DNA of 64,000 nt from the human T2T-CHM13v2.0 reference genome, Homo sapiens, in NCBI RefSeq assembly GCF_009914755.1, contig NC_060934.1; one strand, 5' to 3'. How positions within the stretch are numbered: the stretch's first letter is position 1; the number at the start of each line of letters is the position of its first letter. A program made the translations under genes and the position numbers. This document shows positions 12,800 to 27,977 of this stretch, piece after piece. The notes under the pieces were generated by a model. The model did no database searches. It worked only from the letters and a program-made list of their open reading frames with translations, and had not been told where the DNA came from.

Positions 12800-14215
12800 C
12801 ACTAAAGGTGTCATATGCATATCATAGATGCCAGCAAGGGAGAACAAACCAAAAGTCCTATCCAGTCACTGCAGCTGGCTCAAGTTTAGAAATCTGGTCA
12901 TATAATGTAGTCTGCACATTATGTTCTGACTTGGGTTTCTTGGTCCTGAGACCTAGGAACTGATAAAAGAAAGTATCTCCTCACTCCAAACTCAATAGAC
13001 AATGGTGGAAGAGGAATAAGTTAAACAGTGTAAACCCTCCATTCAAAAATGGGAAAAATAGCAGGCACCATTAGGCATAGTCTGCAAGCATTTTGGAAAT
13101 CCACTGTGCAGTAATTGTAAAAGTGAAGGATCCTGATGCCTGGGAGGAGGTCCTTCTCTTACTATTTCCTGGAATCCCTGCATGGCATGTACTCTCTGGA
13201 AGGTACTTCTTTTCCATTATCCTCTTTGGCCATATCTGAAGTATGTGTGACGGAATATGCCTTACTTGGGGGCTTCAGTGAAGGCTTTTCTTCCTACTTC
13301 CTGCTTAAAGCAAGTTGGTAGCCCAAGTGTAATTTTAAGTCTTGAACAGTACTAGTTTTTGTTTGTTTGTTTGGTTGGTTGGTTTTTTTTTTAATTCCAG
13401 GTTTGTTGTTCCTTTTGCAGTACAACCCTCTCTGAAACTCACTGGGCTTCTTATCTGTTTGATTACAGTGAGTCCTATGTGCCAATTACCCTGCCTGCAG
13501 GTTTTTTTTAGAGATGTTATTCTCAGATCTGCTGTATTGCTTTGCTTTCTCTCCGCATACTTCACTCTCTAGACTCAGTGAGAGCTACATTGGGACTATC
13601 TGACTTCTGCAGAAAGGTTGTTTTCATTCTGATCTCTACCCTGAGTCATTTTATCCAGTTGAAATGTTTTGGGGTAATAACCCCTAATTTGATATTTGCC
13701 CTGAGACATCATAGTGAGCTCAACAATTGTAACAATAGGCATGAAGGCTATACCTTTAATCATATCTTTGATACTGATTAAATTTTAATGGGCCTCTGTC
13801 ATTCAAAGTCTTCCTCAGCTATATTTCTTACTGTTTAGGGCCTTTAGTAGTTAGCTTTTCCAAAATTGCAAGGCCTCAAATTTTTGGACTCTCTGAATTC
13901 CATTTCATTTCTCTTTGCAAACTGACATTACTTTTTGATTAAAGGTCTTTCCTTAATACCCTGTTAAAAGTAGTCAACATACTCTACTAATATTCTATTT
14001 TCCATTATCTTCTCCTAGAACTTAAACACATGAGATATGTGATCTGTCTCCCACTTTATCAAAGACAACATTTAACCAAATGTTTTTGTACTGCATAACA
14101 TAGATTGCTAGCTCTTCAGCTTCCAGTATCAATTTTCTCATAATCTGCCTGCTAAGTCAATGCCACAGAGTTTAGGTTTTTGTAACAGCAGCGCTCTACT
14201 CCTGATACCAATTTC
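12800..14215 (-). mobile_element. MLT1 internal region (MaLR-int)
   Basis: acaatggtggaagagg...ccattcaaaaatggg; joins the LTR at ctcctgataccaatttc. Confidence 0.7.
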
Positions 14216-14595
14216 TGGACTAGTCTAGATAGGCTTTGTTATGCTGTGATGGCAAATTAACCCTGAAATATCAATGGCTTTATATGAAAAGTGTTTATTT
14301 CTCACTTCTAAGGCATATCTAAGACAGATCAGCAAAGGGTCTCTCTTCCATCTAGTTACTCAGAGACCTAGGCTAACAGAAGAGCCACATCTAGATCCTC
14401 ACTGGTCACCAAAGCAGATGTAGAGAGAGTACCTGGAGAGTTGACATCTTCTCTGCTTTGGCCCAGAAATAATAGATGTTATTTCCACTCAGTTTATTGG
14501 CAAAATTAGTTACATGGCCCTGCCTAATTTCAAGATGCCTAGTAACTATAGGGGATCATATGAAATATTTGGTGAGCATTGCAGTCTCTTCTACA
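14216..14595 (-). mobile_element. MLT1I/J-like LTR (5' LTR of the element above)
   Basis: gataggctttgttatgctgtg...tttggtgagcattgcagtctcttctaca. Confidence 0.75.
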
Positions 14596-15379
14596 GAGAA
14601 AACTCTTAAAGTATATGCAGTTATGAAAAGTCTATGTAAATTAACGGCTGTATGTATTTGCTAAGGCTGTAGTTCCAGAGCTATTAGAAATCCTGAGCTT
14701 TGTAGTCTTGGAAGACTAGACCAGATAAACAAAACTAATTCTTCTTTCAATGGGTTAATAATGTATTTATCAAACACATTAAGGAATGATATGGACAAAA
14801 ATTTTAAAGTAAGTTCAAGAAAGAGATGTATTGAAAGCAATAGCTATATATATAGCAAGTGGACTATAGAAAACAAGTGGTATCCTTGAAGTGTATCCTT
14901 GAGCTTTGGAAAGATAATCATGTGAATACCATGCTCTTTAACAGGGAGACACTTGGGACATTTATTAGACTGAATGATGGGCTTGAGAGAACACTTGTCT
15001 GACCTGGTATTGCACTTTTTGTGTTTCAGGAGAAATGATTTATACCTATAGTGTATCCATATTTGAAGTCTAGTGTGGTTCTGCTTTAGTTGGCAGTCTA
15101 TGAATAATATCCTTTTTTAAACTATCAAAATTTACATTACATACCTCTTTCCAGACATGTGGAATGGGATTCTACTATTACTAGGGAATGGATTATGATG
15201 AATACATCTTCTCATGTACAAAATAGAAGGATTTAAAATATAACTTTGAATGTCAATTAATAGGATTATTAAAAATAGATTTGTTTGGTCCTTCTATGTC
15301 ATGTGTTAATTAGAGGCTAAGTCCTTGAAAAGTTAATAGATCAAAATTAATACAGAGTAAGTATTGGACAAAGTCACTG

Positions 15380-15605
15380 TAATAATAATGCTATTCATTG
15401 AGTTATCACATAAAGACTTTTACGTGTGTTATCTCATTTATTTCTCATAATAATCCAGTGAGGCAGTAAAATTATTATCCCCACTTTAAAGATGTCAAAA
15501 CTGATAGCAGTAGGTTCAGCAGCTGACCCAGTGTCACACAAAAAGTAGCAGGACTGGTATTCAAACCCAAGCAGTCTGACTCCAGAAGACCACATTCTTA
15601 ATTCC
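15380..15605 (-). mobile_element. MIR
   Basis: attattatccccacttta...ttcaaacccaagcagtctgactccaga. Confidence 0.85.
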
Positions 15606-16291
15606 AACTGTATACTAGTATCCTTCCGTTTGATAGAAGGTTGTGTTTTTATTAGATCATCAAATTGAACCATCTCGAGAGTGTATTTGTGTTGTTAGAG
15701 TGTAACTCAGTAGTTATCATGTCATAGTCAACTGAGGGGAATTCTTCAAGCTACATAGATCTTTTTCCTGCTCTTCTCCCTTGCATCACAGTCAGTCATT
15801 CATTCTCACATGTTTACCTGGGTGAATATATAACTAAAAAAGAACTTTCATGTAATTTTAATACACCATCCCACCCACCACTTCTTTTTGAGAACCACTG
15901 CTCTTGGTTATATTGGTAACTGTTTTTGCTGTGTAAGGAGAAAGGTGACATGTGAAAGAAATATAGGTAATTTTTTCTGAAACACATTACCATAAATTGA
16001 TCCTGAGATACAATGCAGTGGTTAAAAGTAAAGGATTCATGGTCAAACAAGGTGTTAACTTGGTGTGCAGCCCTTTATTGTTGTAGTGATTTTTTTAGAC
16101 TGTTTTAGACTTGATAGAGGTCTAATACCAGTTCTTACTCTAGCTGTGAAAATAAAACTCTGTTGGATTTTCCTTTCTTGTTCTCTTTGATTAGCAGGAT
16201 AGATAAACTGAACACAAGTCTCACCCTAGCTCCACAACTTACTGTGTGAATTTAGGCAAATTGCCTTAGGATCCTGTGCCTTTGTTTCCTA

Positions 16292-16624
<333 letters not shown>

Positions 16625-16732
16625 AAAAAGGAATATGTACTTGATATGTTGCTGTGGGAACCAAATAATGCCTATTTGTAAACTGTATAGAAATGTGCCC
16701 ATTTTATAGTAAACACTCAATAGATAATACAT

Positions 16733-16764
<32 letters not shown>
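16733..16764 (+). repeat. (GAT)n microsatellite
   Basis: About 10 perfect units. Confidence 0.95.
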
Positions 16765-16934
16765 AGAAGAGCCAGCCAGTTCCCTACCTTTATGCTCTTG
16801 TGCTCCCACCAGTGGAAATCTCCCTCTAAAGGAACAAAACAGTTGACAACTGCTAGCTCTTAGAAGCTGTAGACCTCTAAGTCAAAGTTTCATCAAGAAA
16901 CTACATTTTTAAGTATCACAACAGAAGCAGTATT

Positions 16935-17110
16935 AGGAAAGAGATTAAAGGCACAGAATCTAGACTGAGATTACTTGGATTTGAATTCTGGTTCTGCCTT
17001 TTCTAGCTATGTAACTTTAAGCAAGTTACGTATTCTCTCAGAGAGTCGAGTTCATCTTCTGTAAAAGGGGGATGGGGAAACAATCAAAAACTTTTCTCAT
17101 AAGGCTATTA
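16935..17110 (+). mobile_element. MIR
   Basis: ggatttgaattctggttctgcc...ctagctatgtaactttaagcaagtta. Confidence 0.7.
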
Positions 17111-19369
17111 TTAAGTACATATTAACATTACTAAAGTGTTTGTAAAACAATGAATACATTTGTATAAATTGATAAAGTTTTTAATTTAATATATGTTTAT
17201 ACATATGGATATTATGTATTAAATTATGTTTTAAATTTAAATATATTTGTCTGCCAACACATATGTTATTCCATATTAAAATATCTTTTCAATTATTTCA
17301 TGGAATTCTGGACCAACAGAGGTGCAAACATTAACCTTTAGATTTGACTCTGAGCTTCCTAGAAGACCAAACAAAAAGACACTGTCATTTATATAATTTT
17401 TATTATGATAAGCTTTCCAGTATTGAATTTATTGCCACTTAATTTCTCAAACATTAAGTTAATTTCATTATCTGTAAGGAAAGCATTATTTCTACCTTCT
17501 ATACCTAGAGAGTTTTTCTGAAGATCCTCTTAGATAATGAAAATGAATATGCTTTCTGTGTTGATAGAAACCCTACAAGCAAGGTATATGGGAAGAAGAA
17601 GAGAACTAGCGTTTTTTTTTTTTTTTTTTTTTTTGCATGCCTAATATATTTAACACCTTTTGATATTAACCTCACAGCAGCCTCACTGACTAGATAACTT
17701 ATCAATAAAAATACATGACTAAGGTTTTATAACAAATTGTAGTGCTGGAAAATTCAACCCAAACTTACCTCCAAAACCCAGAGAGGGCAAATAATTAAAA
17801 TCCAGATGAATCACGGAGAATTAATAGAACAATGTAAACAAATTCCTAAGTTGAAATTTGTATAAGCAAATTGAAATTTATTCCTCAAAGAATTGATATA
17901 ATTTATGTAAGCTATTTTTTAAGATTTAGCATAAATTACATACACATTAATAAAGCATATAAGCAGAGACATAGCAAATAAATAAGCTCTGCCTAAGAAA
18001 ATTTTCATTGACCTGTGTTTTAGCCCAATTAGACTGTGAGATAATAATCTAGATATCTGATACACATATTTTTATCTAATCATGTATCATAAGCTCTTCT
18101 AGGAATAGTATCAGTATACTATTTATGGTAATTATTTCCATATACAGAAATTATTGTTCTGTATTAATTATTACATAGTAGTTTAATTGTAAGGAAAGTT
18201 GTTTTAGATACCTGGTAATTTCTGTACAATTTATATTTTTTCATTAGCAAGGGCTTATAATTTAAACTTTCTACTTTTTGTTAATTTTTTTTAGTATATA
18301 GTATATAATATTTATGTTCTTAACAAGATATTTCTACAAATTTATATTGGGTCCTCCAAAATCAATGCATTTTGAGGGTATATTACAACTTGAATATGAA
18401 GTATAGCAAGAAATATTTTTCTCTGTGTGTCTAATGATCCACTGTGTTGCCTGTGTGTGTATAATGTTATTACAAGCATTTTTTGTAATAACATTAGTAC
18501 AAATAAAAAAAGTTTCTGTTTTTTTTTTTATTTTTCCTCTAACAATTTTATATCTGTAAGGTTTTTTAAACAGATTTTGGTTCAGGATATTTACATTAAG
18601 AAATAATATTACTGAGACTTTGTTCAAATAGAGCTAATTATTGTCCATAATATAGCATAATTTAAAATAAATATGAGCTTTTGAGTAAAATTTCCCTGAG
18701 AAAAATTCCACTATGTAATATATCAATAAACTTGGGTTAATTATCTAACTTCCCTGAATCTTAGCATCCTTATCTACAAAAATTAGAATGACTGTATGTT
18801 CATTACAGAGTTGTTGGGTAAATTCAATCAGATAATTCAACCCAAATTGTGACCAAATAGTGTAATGCACATATAGTGTAATATCTGTATATTACACACT
18901 GTATGTCTAAATGGCTAGCATGTTATGATACTTAACAAATGTTAGTCTTCCTCCTCATTTTTATGTTAATTTAATTGATTTGTGGCTGTCATCACAGAAT
19001 ATAGTATATTCTAAAATAATGTTTCTTTTACAATAATTTTCAACATATAAGAAGTAAGTAGTTATCCACAGATAGAATTAGCAACTTGGAGTACATCAGC
19101 CATTTCCAATCATAAATCCATGGATGGGTACTGGCCTCTGACTTCATTTTCACTGTACAATTAGAAAAATAAGGATAATAAAATTTATTAAGCTAAGTTA
19201 ATTTCAGTTAATTATTGTGGTCTAATTGTGTTGTGATTCAGATGTCTTCCACAAAATTATTATAACATAGTGATGTTTGAGATTTTAAAAATACCCTTTT
19301 TTAGCAAAATCAAGAAGTTAGAACTCCTCTGTCAATTATTCATCTTTATTTCTAAATTTATTTTAAATA

Positions 19370-19570
19370 TCAACTCTGCCATGTACTACTTGTATGACTT
19401 AGGACAAGTTATTTAGCCTCTTTATGATATAATTTTATCATCTATACAATGGAGATATCAATAATGACTACCTCGTGGATTGTTAAGATAAAATTAGATA
19501 ATACATGTAAGACTCACAGAGCAGTTCTGGCATATAATAAGTATTCCATAAAGAGCTAAAGCTACTGTCA
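19370..19570 (+). mobile_element. MIR
   Basis: ctctgccatgtactacttgtatgacttaggacaagttattt. Confidence 0.75.
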
Positions 19571-21741
19571 TCATCACTAGTCTGTGAAATCCAAAATGTG
19601 AGAATCATCCATTTAGATAATTCGTCTTATGCCAAAATTACTTTAAAAGTAGGAAAGCCTATGTTTACAGATGTTATAATACCTCAAAGTCATAGACAGT
19701 CTTTGTAGACACATGAAGTTGTTATTGAATGTGAAGGTATTTTACAAAATATACCTATTTGCTACAATAGATTGAATATTGTCATTGAATATCACCTGTA
19801 TTTTTATTTGATGATTTTAAAAGGCCTATTTTTATATTAGACTAGGCTTTTGATGCTTTTGTTAAGTCCAAGAATACAATTGATGCCTATATTATATTTT
19901 GCATGTAATTTAATTATCAAAATTTTTCTTAGTTTTTAAATATTTCTTAAACTTTTTCATATACCAAATGCATAATGATGAGAGTCTCGATAGTTCTATT
20001 TCAAATAAAAATAAATAATTGCCAAATATGGAATATTATTTCTAATTTTTGTTCACTTTTGAGTTACCATACATAGAGCTCTAGAAACTTCTACAAACTT
20101 TATTTATAGAAGTTTAGGAAAATTAGAACAATGTTTATAATTTATTAATTTATTAATTATTTATCCAATAATTGAATAATATTTTTAAAATAGCTTAGCA
20201 TTTTATTTGAATATGAATAGCATTTGTTCTATTTTCTCAGAAGGAAGTGCTATTTTTATCTAAATTCTGAATTATTAATGCCACACTGTAAGCAAAAAGT
20301 ACATCCATGTTTGAATGGTTGAAGACGAAGCATTGCCTTTGAGAAAGAAAACAGTACAATACCGCAAATGGTTCCTTACAGCAAAAGACTCTGCTTCCTT
20401 ACATAGTTCTAGAGAATTCTAGCCTCACCATTTCTTGAGCTACACCTACTTAGAAACCTTAGTCTGACCTTTTCTAAGTATGAAAGATTTGCCCTTTGTC
20501 CTTATGGGAAAATGAGAGGGTTTGGTAAGACCTGCTATTAACCTTCATTAATCTGCATTTTTAGAACACTAACAAAATCCCATTCCTAGAATGTAAAAGC
20601 TAAGTGGCAGATACTCTATCTTATTTATCTTTTCATCACTATTACTTAGTATGATGCTTGCAAGGCACATTAATAGGTGCTCAGTTAGCATTTGTAAACT
20701 GAATGGATTTCAAGTCCGCTAACCAAACCAGCACATATCAAATATGTGATTACTTTTAAGGAGTCATGTTTCAAATGGGTCATTTAATTCATGTTTCACA
20801 CTCTTAGGCTTGATATCCAAGTTATCTTCCATCATTTTGCATTACATCTATTACAAAACTGATAGAAACCTTGACTGCTACATTTGGAGAAGTTAGCTAA
20901 GCACCTTATTGAGTAATAATATAAAGTTTTGTTAAACCACTTTATTTAAGGGTGACTTATATTCAAAAAACTCTGCATATTTAACGTATATACTTGATGA
21001 GTTTGGAGATAAGTATACAGCCATGGAACTATCGACAGAATCTATGCTATAAACCTATTCATTACCTCCAGAAATTTCCTTCCACCTTATTTATTTATTT
21101 ATTTAGGTGATTGTGGTTTTGATTTGGATTTTCCTGATGATTAGCAATTTTGATTTGGATTATGATGTTTTACATAACAATGGAAAATCTCGTCTCAGCA
21201 AAATGTTAAGTATATAATACATTAACTATACACATTATGCTATAATTATACATATAATTGTGTTGTATAGTAGGTCTCTAGGACTTGTTCATCTTGCTTA
21301 ACTGAAACTTTGTACACTTTGACTCACACTTCTCCACTTCCGTCTTCCCCCATTTCCTGGAAAATCACCATTCTACTCTCTTGCTTCTATGAGTTTGGCC
21401 ATTTTAGATTTATCATATAAGTGGTGCCATGTAGCATTTGCCCTTTTGTGTCTGGCTTATTTTGCTTAGCATAATGTCCTCTGGGTACACCTGTGTTGTT
21501 GCAAATCGCAAGATTGCCCTCTTTTTTGAGGCTAAGTAATATTCCATTGTATGTATATACCACATTTTCTTTATCCGTTCAAATTTAATGGACATTTAGG
21601 TTGGACATGGACATGGTTGTTAGTATTGTAAGCAATGCTGAAATAAACATAGGAATACAGATACCTCTTTGAGATATTAATTTCATTGCCCCTTTGGAAG
21701 CAGGATTGCTCCATCAAATGATAGTTCTATTTTTAATTTTT

Positions 21742-24700
21742 CCCTTTTATTGATATATAATAATTTATATAGTTACAGGGTCCATGGGAGTGTTTGTTGC
21801 AGGCAAAAATTATATAATGTTCAATTCAGGGTAATTGGGGTATCAATCATCTTGAATGTTTATCATTTTTAGTGTATTGGTATTCTTTCAAGTTCTCTCT
21901 TGTACTTATTTCAAATATACATTATATTATTGCTAAGTATAGTCACCCTAGCCTGCTATCAAATATTAGATTAGAACTTATTTTATCTAACTGTATGTTT
22001 TTAACCCTAATCAGTCTCTCTTCATTCACTCCCCCGCTCCCCACTGCAACCCTTCCCAGAGTCTGGTATCTATGGTTCTATTCTCTATACCCATGAAATC
22101 AAGTCTTTTATCTTCTATAAGTGAGAACGTGCAGTATTTGTCTTTCTGTGCCTGGCTTGTTTCACTTAACATAATGTCCTCCAGTTCCATTCATGTTGCT
22201 GGAAATGACATGATTTCATTCTTTGTTATAGCTGAGTAGCATTCCATTGTGTATATATATATTACATTTCCTTTACTCATTCATCCATCGATGAGCATGT
22301 AGGTTGATTCTATAGCTTTGCTATCACGAACATTGCTGGCAGTAACCATGTGAGTCCAGGTATCCCCTTGATACACTGATTTCCTTTGGATAGATACCCA
22401 GTAGTGGAATGGTTGGACTATAAGGTTGGTATACTTTAAGTTTTATGAGAAACCTCTCTACTGTTTCCACAGTGGCTGCACTAATTTACATTCCCACCGA
22501 CAACATATGAGTTACCTGTTCTCTGCATCCTCACCAGAATCTGTTATTTTTGGTCTTTTTAGTAATAGCCATTCTAACTTGGGTGAGATGGTATCTGATT
22601 GTGGTTTTGATTTGGATTTTCATGATGATTAGTGACGTTGGGGCATTTTTTTATATATACCCATTGGCCATCTTTATGTCTTCTTTTGAGAAACAACTAT
22701 TCGTGTCCTTTTCTCATGTTTTAATGAGGTTTTTTTTGAAACTGTTGAGTTGTTTGAGTTCCTTATATATTCTGTATATTAGTCTCCTGTCAGTTAGTAA
22801 TTTGCCAATATTTTCCCCATTCAGGGGGTGGTCTATTCACTCTGCTGATGGTTTCCTTTGCTGTGGAGAAACTTTTAAATTTAGTATTATCCCCCCTTTT
22901 TTATGATTGTGCTTTTGAGGGCTTTGCCATAAAATCTTTGCCTATACCAATGTCCTGAAGATTTTTCTCTATGTTTCTTCTAGTAGTTTTATAGTTTTGG
23001 GTCTTAATTTAAGTCATTAATGCATCTTTTGAGTTTACTTTTGTGTATGATGAGAGATAGGGGTCCGAGTTTCATTCTTCTGCATACAGTTATCTAGCTG
23101 TCCCAATACCATTTATTGAAGAGAGTATGCTTTCCCTAGTGTATGTTCTTGGTAGCTTTGTTGAGGATCAGTTGGCTGTAAATATTTCAATTTGTTTCTG
23201 GGTTCTCTACTCTGTTCTATGGGTCTATGTGTCTGTTTTTATACCAATACCATGCTGCCTTGTTTACCATAACCTTATAATATGTTTTGAAGTCAAGTAC
23301 TGTGATGGCTCCAACTTGTCTGTTTCTTCTACAATTTTTTTGTGTGGTTTGTTCTTGATTTTCTAGCTCCTTGAGATGCATCATTAGATTGTTGAGATGC
23401 ATTATTAGATTGTTTATTTGAAATCTTTTTGGCTTTTTTATGTAGGCATTTATTGCTAAAAACTTGCCTCTTAGCACTGCTTTGTTTTTGTGTCCCGCAA
23501 AACAAAGTATATTATGTTTTCATATGTTGTGTTTTCATTTTCATTTGCTTAAAGAAATTTTCCTCTAAGAACTGTTCTTATGTTGCTATGCCCATATTGG
23601 CAGCAGTGGGATGAGCATGCTTGATCTTGGGCCCCAGAGCAGCATACACTGGCACCAGTATTAGCAGGATCAGACAGACTGATTCTTAGGCCTCTAGGTG
23701 GCTGCTTGCTTGGATGCTGGTAGTGGCAGCAGTGGACCAGGAAAGTATGTATCTCTGGGTCTTGATCAGTGTGCACTGGTGTTGATAGTGGCTGTAGTCA
23801 GAGATCACCATTCACAGCCCCAGACACAGAGCTCGCAGGCTGTCCTGCTCTCTGCAGCAACAGTTCTGTAGAGGTGGGGAAGGACCCTGCCTGTCACACA
23901 CTGTCCTGGACGCTGGGGCCACACCATCAGTGGGGGCACAGTTGTCATTCATAGCCCCACACAGGTAGCCTCTGTTCATGCACCTCAGCCTCCAGTGGCA
24001 GCAGCAATGGCTGTACTTGTAACAGTGTGCAGACGGAAAGAAGGCATCCTACTCTGTACATATGAGGCCTAGCAGAGAGGTCATTTTGCTGGTGAGAGGG
24101 GATCTCACTCTCTGCTTGCAAGGCCAAGTACAGAATTTGCACTACTGCTGGAGACAGAGTCACTTCTCATAGTCCCAGACAGGGAGGTCTTGCCCTCTGA
24201 AAAGCATGTGCTTTGTTTCCTTTGTCCCACGGATGGTGCGCTGTACCATCCTTTCCCCAGGAAATAGTACTCCCTGTGGATTACAGCAGCAGTCCCCAAC
24301 CTTTTTGGAACCAGGGACCAGTTTCATGGAAGACAATTTTTCTACAGATGGGGGTGGGTATTGGGGGGAGATACTTTCAGGATGAAACTGTTCCACCTCA
24401 GATCATCAGGCATTAGTTAGATTCTCATAAGGAGCACACAACCTGGATCCCTCAAAGGCACAGTTTGCAATAGGGTTCTCGCTCCTGTGAGAATCTGATG
24501 CCCCTGCTGATCTGACAAGAAGTGGGGCTCAGGTGGTAATGCTCACTCACCCACTGTTCATCTCTTGCTGTGTGGCCTGGTTTCTAACAAGCCACGGTCA
24601 GGTACCAGTCTGTGGCCCAGAGGTTGGAGATCCCTGGACCAGAGTACTGGGGACTATGCAGAATCTTTTGAACCAACCAACACTGTGCCACTTTAGTGGA

Positions 24701-25236
24701 CACTGGGTGGACACTGAGAGATGTCAGTTGGGGCTCATGGGATGTAGAGATATGGGGGCTATGATTCCCAGGGCAAGATGCAGTCCCATGGCAACTGTGC
24801 CCTCACAAGGGTGCCCAGCTGCTGCTGCTTAGGTCTTGGCAGGGACAGGAATGAGTGACAATGTGCAAGTCCTCTTTCTGGAGCAATGTCCTCATGGACC
24901 CTGCAAATCACTCCCTATGCTAGCGTCAGGGTTTCTGTGGGCGTAAGAACTCTCCCATTGCTCAAATTGCAGCAGTCCACAGTAGGGATGTGGACTGCTG
25001 AATTACGCTTTACCTACAATACCAAGCCCCTTGGGGCTCCCAAGCCAACCTTCTCTGAGCTGGCCGCTGGGTACCTTTTCCTTCTCTGCCTCAGGTGTTT
25101 CCTGTGGCATCTCTGTTAGACATCAGTATTCTTTCCTAGATGTTCTATTCAAGGTATGATTATCTATTCATAATTTTGGTGCTTCCTTCTGGAGAAGGCA
25201 GGTGCCCAATGTCTGTAGTTAGCCATCTTGAACCAG
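21742..25236 (-). mobile_element. L1MA-type element with both ends but large internal deletions
   Basis: 3' UTR/ORF2 end 21742-23318, mid-ORF2 piece to ~23560, GC-rich 5' region ending agccatcttg; flanks gttct(t)atttttaa. Confidence 0.72.
24287..24636 (+). mobile_element. MER1B (hAT-Charlie)
   Basis: cagcagtccccaacctttttgg...gattctcataaggagc...ggttggagatccctg with terminal inverted repeats. Confidence 0.92.
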
Positions 25237-25505
25237 TGTTCTTATTTTTAACCTTCAGGAACTTCCATAGTGTTTTCCATAGTGCCTGTACCAATTTACA
25301 TTCCCACAAACAATGTACAAGGGTTCCATTTTCTCCACTTCCTTACCAACATTGATTATCTTTTGCTTTTTGGGTAATAAGCATCCTAACAAGTGTGAGG
25401 TGATAGCTCATTATTTTGATTTGCATTTCCCTGATGGGTACTAAAGTTGAGCACCTTTTCATATACATTTTGGCCATTTGTATACCTTCTTTGAAAAAAT
25501 ATCTA

Positions 25506-25820
<315 letters not shown>

Positions 25821-27593
25821 CTATTCAGTTCCTTTGCTCATTTTTAAATTTTGGGTTTTTTTCTTATTTTTCATTTTTAAATTTTATTGTTTTTGCTATT
25901 AAGTTGTCGATTTTGTTTATATTTTTTGGATATTAGTCATTTACCAGGTATATAGTTTGCAAATATTTTCTCCAAAGCTATGCCTTTTTATTTTGCTGAT
26001 TGTTTCCTTCGCTTTGCAGAAGCTTCTTAGTTTGGTGTAATCCCACTTGACAGTTTTAGGTTTTGTTGCCAGTGCTCTTTTGTGTCATATCCAAGAAATC
26101 ATTGACAAAGCCAAATATAAAATTCTTAACTTCACCAATGAGGCAGTTTTGACTTCATGAGGTTCTGAAACTTTTTCCTAGAGTTGAATCAAATAATACA
26201 ATTTAAATTCCTAATTCTTTAACAAATTAAAGAAAAACTATTTCCTCCAACTATAGTAAGGCAAAATTTTGGCTATTAAACAACTGAACTCTTTTTAATA
26301 ATGTGTGAAGCTAATAGGTGCCTGATGGGACCCTATTGCTTTGAGGATCTAATTGCAGACAGAACTATTTATTCTTTGATTACTAGACTTGTAAAGCAGG
26401 AGTTCAGGAATAATGATTAGCAAACAAGATTGTGCAGGAATTTGAAGAATAAATTGACATATATCACTGAAAGCATACAAAGTTTCAGTCAGGAGCCATG
26501 AACCCAAAGCATATACTGTTCTAGGTACATTACAGGTGAAGGTCGCTGCATTACATTTAAGAGCCTACGGGCCCTTAAAAGTTTAACTTGACAACAGATG
26601 TTAGATTGTTCAAGTACTCTAAAAATAATCCCTTAATATATCTTTGTAATACAATAGCACTTGTATTCCTAAAATAATTTTATAAATTTTATAAATAATA
26701 AAATAATTTTTAAAAAATTTGAAATAAAATGAAATATAATCCTATAAGAGATTCATTGAATGTTTTTAAAACATTTTATTTATTTATTTAGAATGCATTT
26801 TAACCTACTGAAATCCAATATAAATAATATGTAGAAAATAGTTATAAAAAACAAGTTGTAGTTGTAGAAGACATTAATGTTTTAGAACAAAGTATTTCAA
26901 GCTTAGTGTTCAATGTATATGTGATGCTAAGGTCATTATCATTTGGCCACAGATATAACCTATGAGTAAAGGAGAGTCCTTGTTTTTTCATAACCTCTTC
27001 TGAATGCAACATCCCTCTTTATAATAGGCAATATTGCTTCCAAGTTGCCATATTCTTAAAAAGGCACTGAGTAAGATCATTGATCACTGATATTTGACAT
27101 ATTTATGTACTGAAGAGCACTTTTGTGGAAAATTCTTCCCTCAATTAATTAGATATGTTTATATGTTTATATGTAACAGAATAAAAAGGGAAGATTTCAT
27201 TCAAATAAGGGCATTTCACCAGCCCTTTTATGATTATATATAGTAATAGTTTTTTACTATTTAAATGGCTGAAAGGTAACCACTTTTTTAAAAATGTTTT
27301 TTACATATATTTCTGTTTTAATATCCTATTATGGGCAGAAATGAAATGGGACTTAAATTCAGGTTGTTACCAATAGTCTAAGATTCTAAGTGCATCACTA
27401 TTTCATGTACGCAAATATTGGCTGAGATTTAGCAGAGGTATTGAACCAGACAAATCTATTTATGCAGTGGCTGTTTTACATTTCTTCTATAGAGTATTGG
27501 CTTCATGCTTTTTGTTAGCTTCAGTACCTTTTGTCCAAACCAAATTACTCACAAGCTGAAATGTAAGACAATTCAAGATTAAAAACGCTATAC

Positions 27594-27977
27594 AATCAGG
27601 CATCACTTAATGAAAAGATACCTTCTGAGAAATGCCTCATTAGACAAGTTCATCATAGTATGAACATCACAGAGTTTCCTTAAAGAAACCCAGATAGGAT
27701 AGCCTACTACACAACTAGGCTATACGGTATGGCCTATTGCTCTCGGGCTACAAACCTGTGTTGTATGTTACTGTACCGAATGCTGTAAACAACTGTAACA
27801 CAATAAGTATTTGTGTATCTAAATATAAAAATTAAGTAGAGTAAAAATGCAATAATGCATTATATAAGATAAAAATTGGGCACACATATATAGGGTAGCT
27901 CCATTAAATTCTCATGGGCGCCCTGCAATATATACAGTCCATCATTGACCAGAAACATAATTAAACAGCACATGGTT
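27594..27977. mobile_element. Tigger3 (MER7/Golem) deletion derivative
   Basis: ttctgagaaatgc...tagcctactacacaactaggctata...gctacaaacctgt. Confidence 0.85.
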
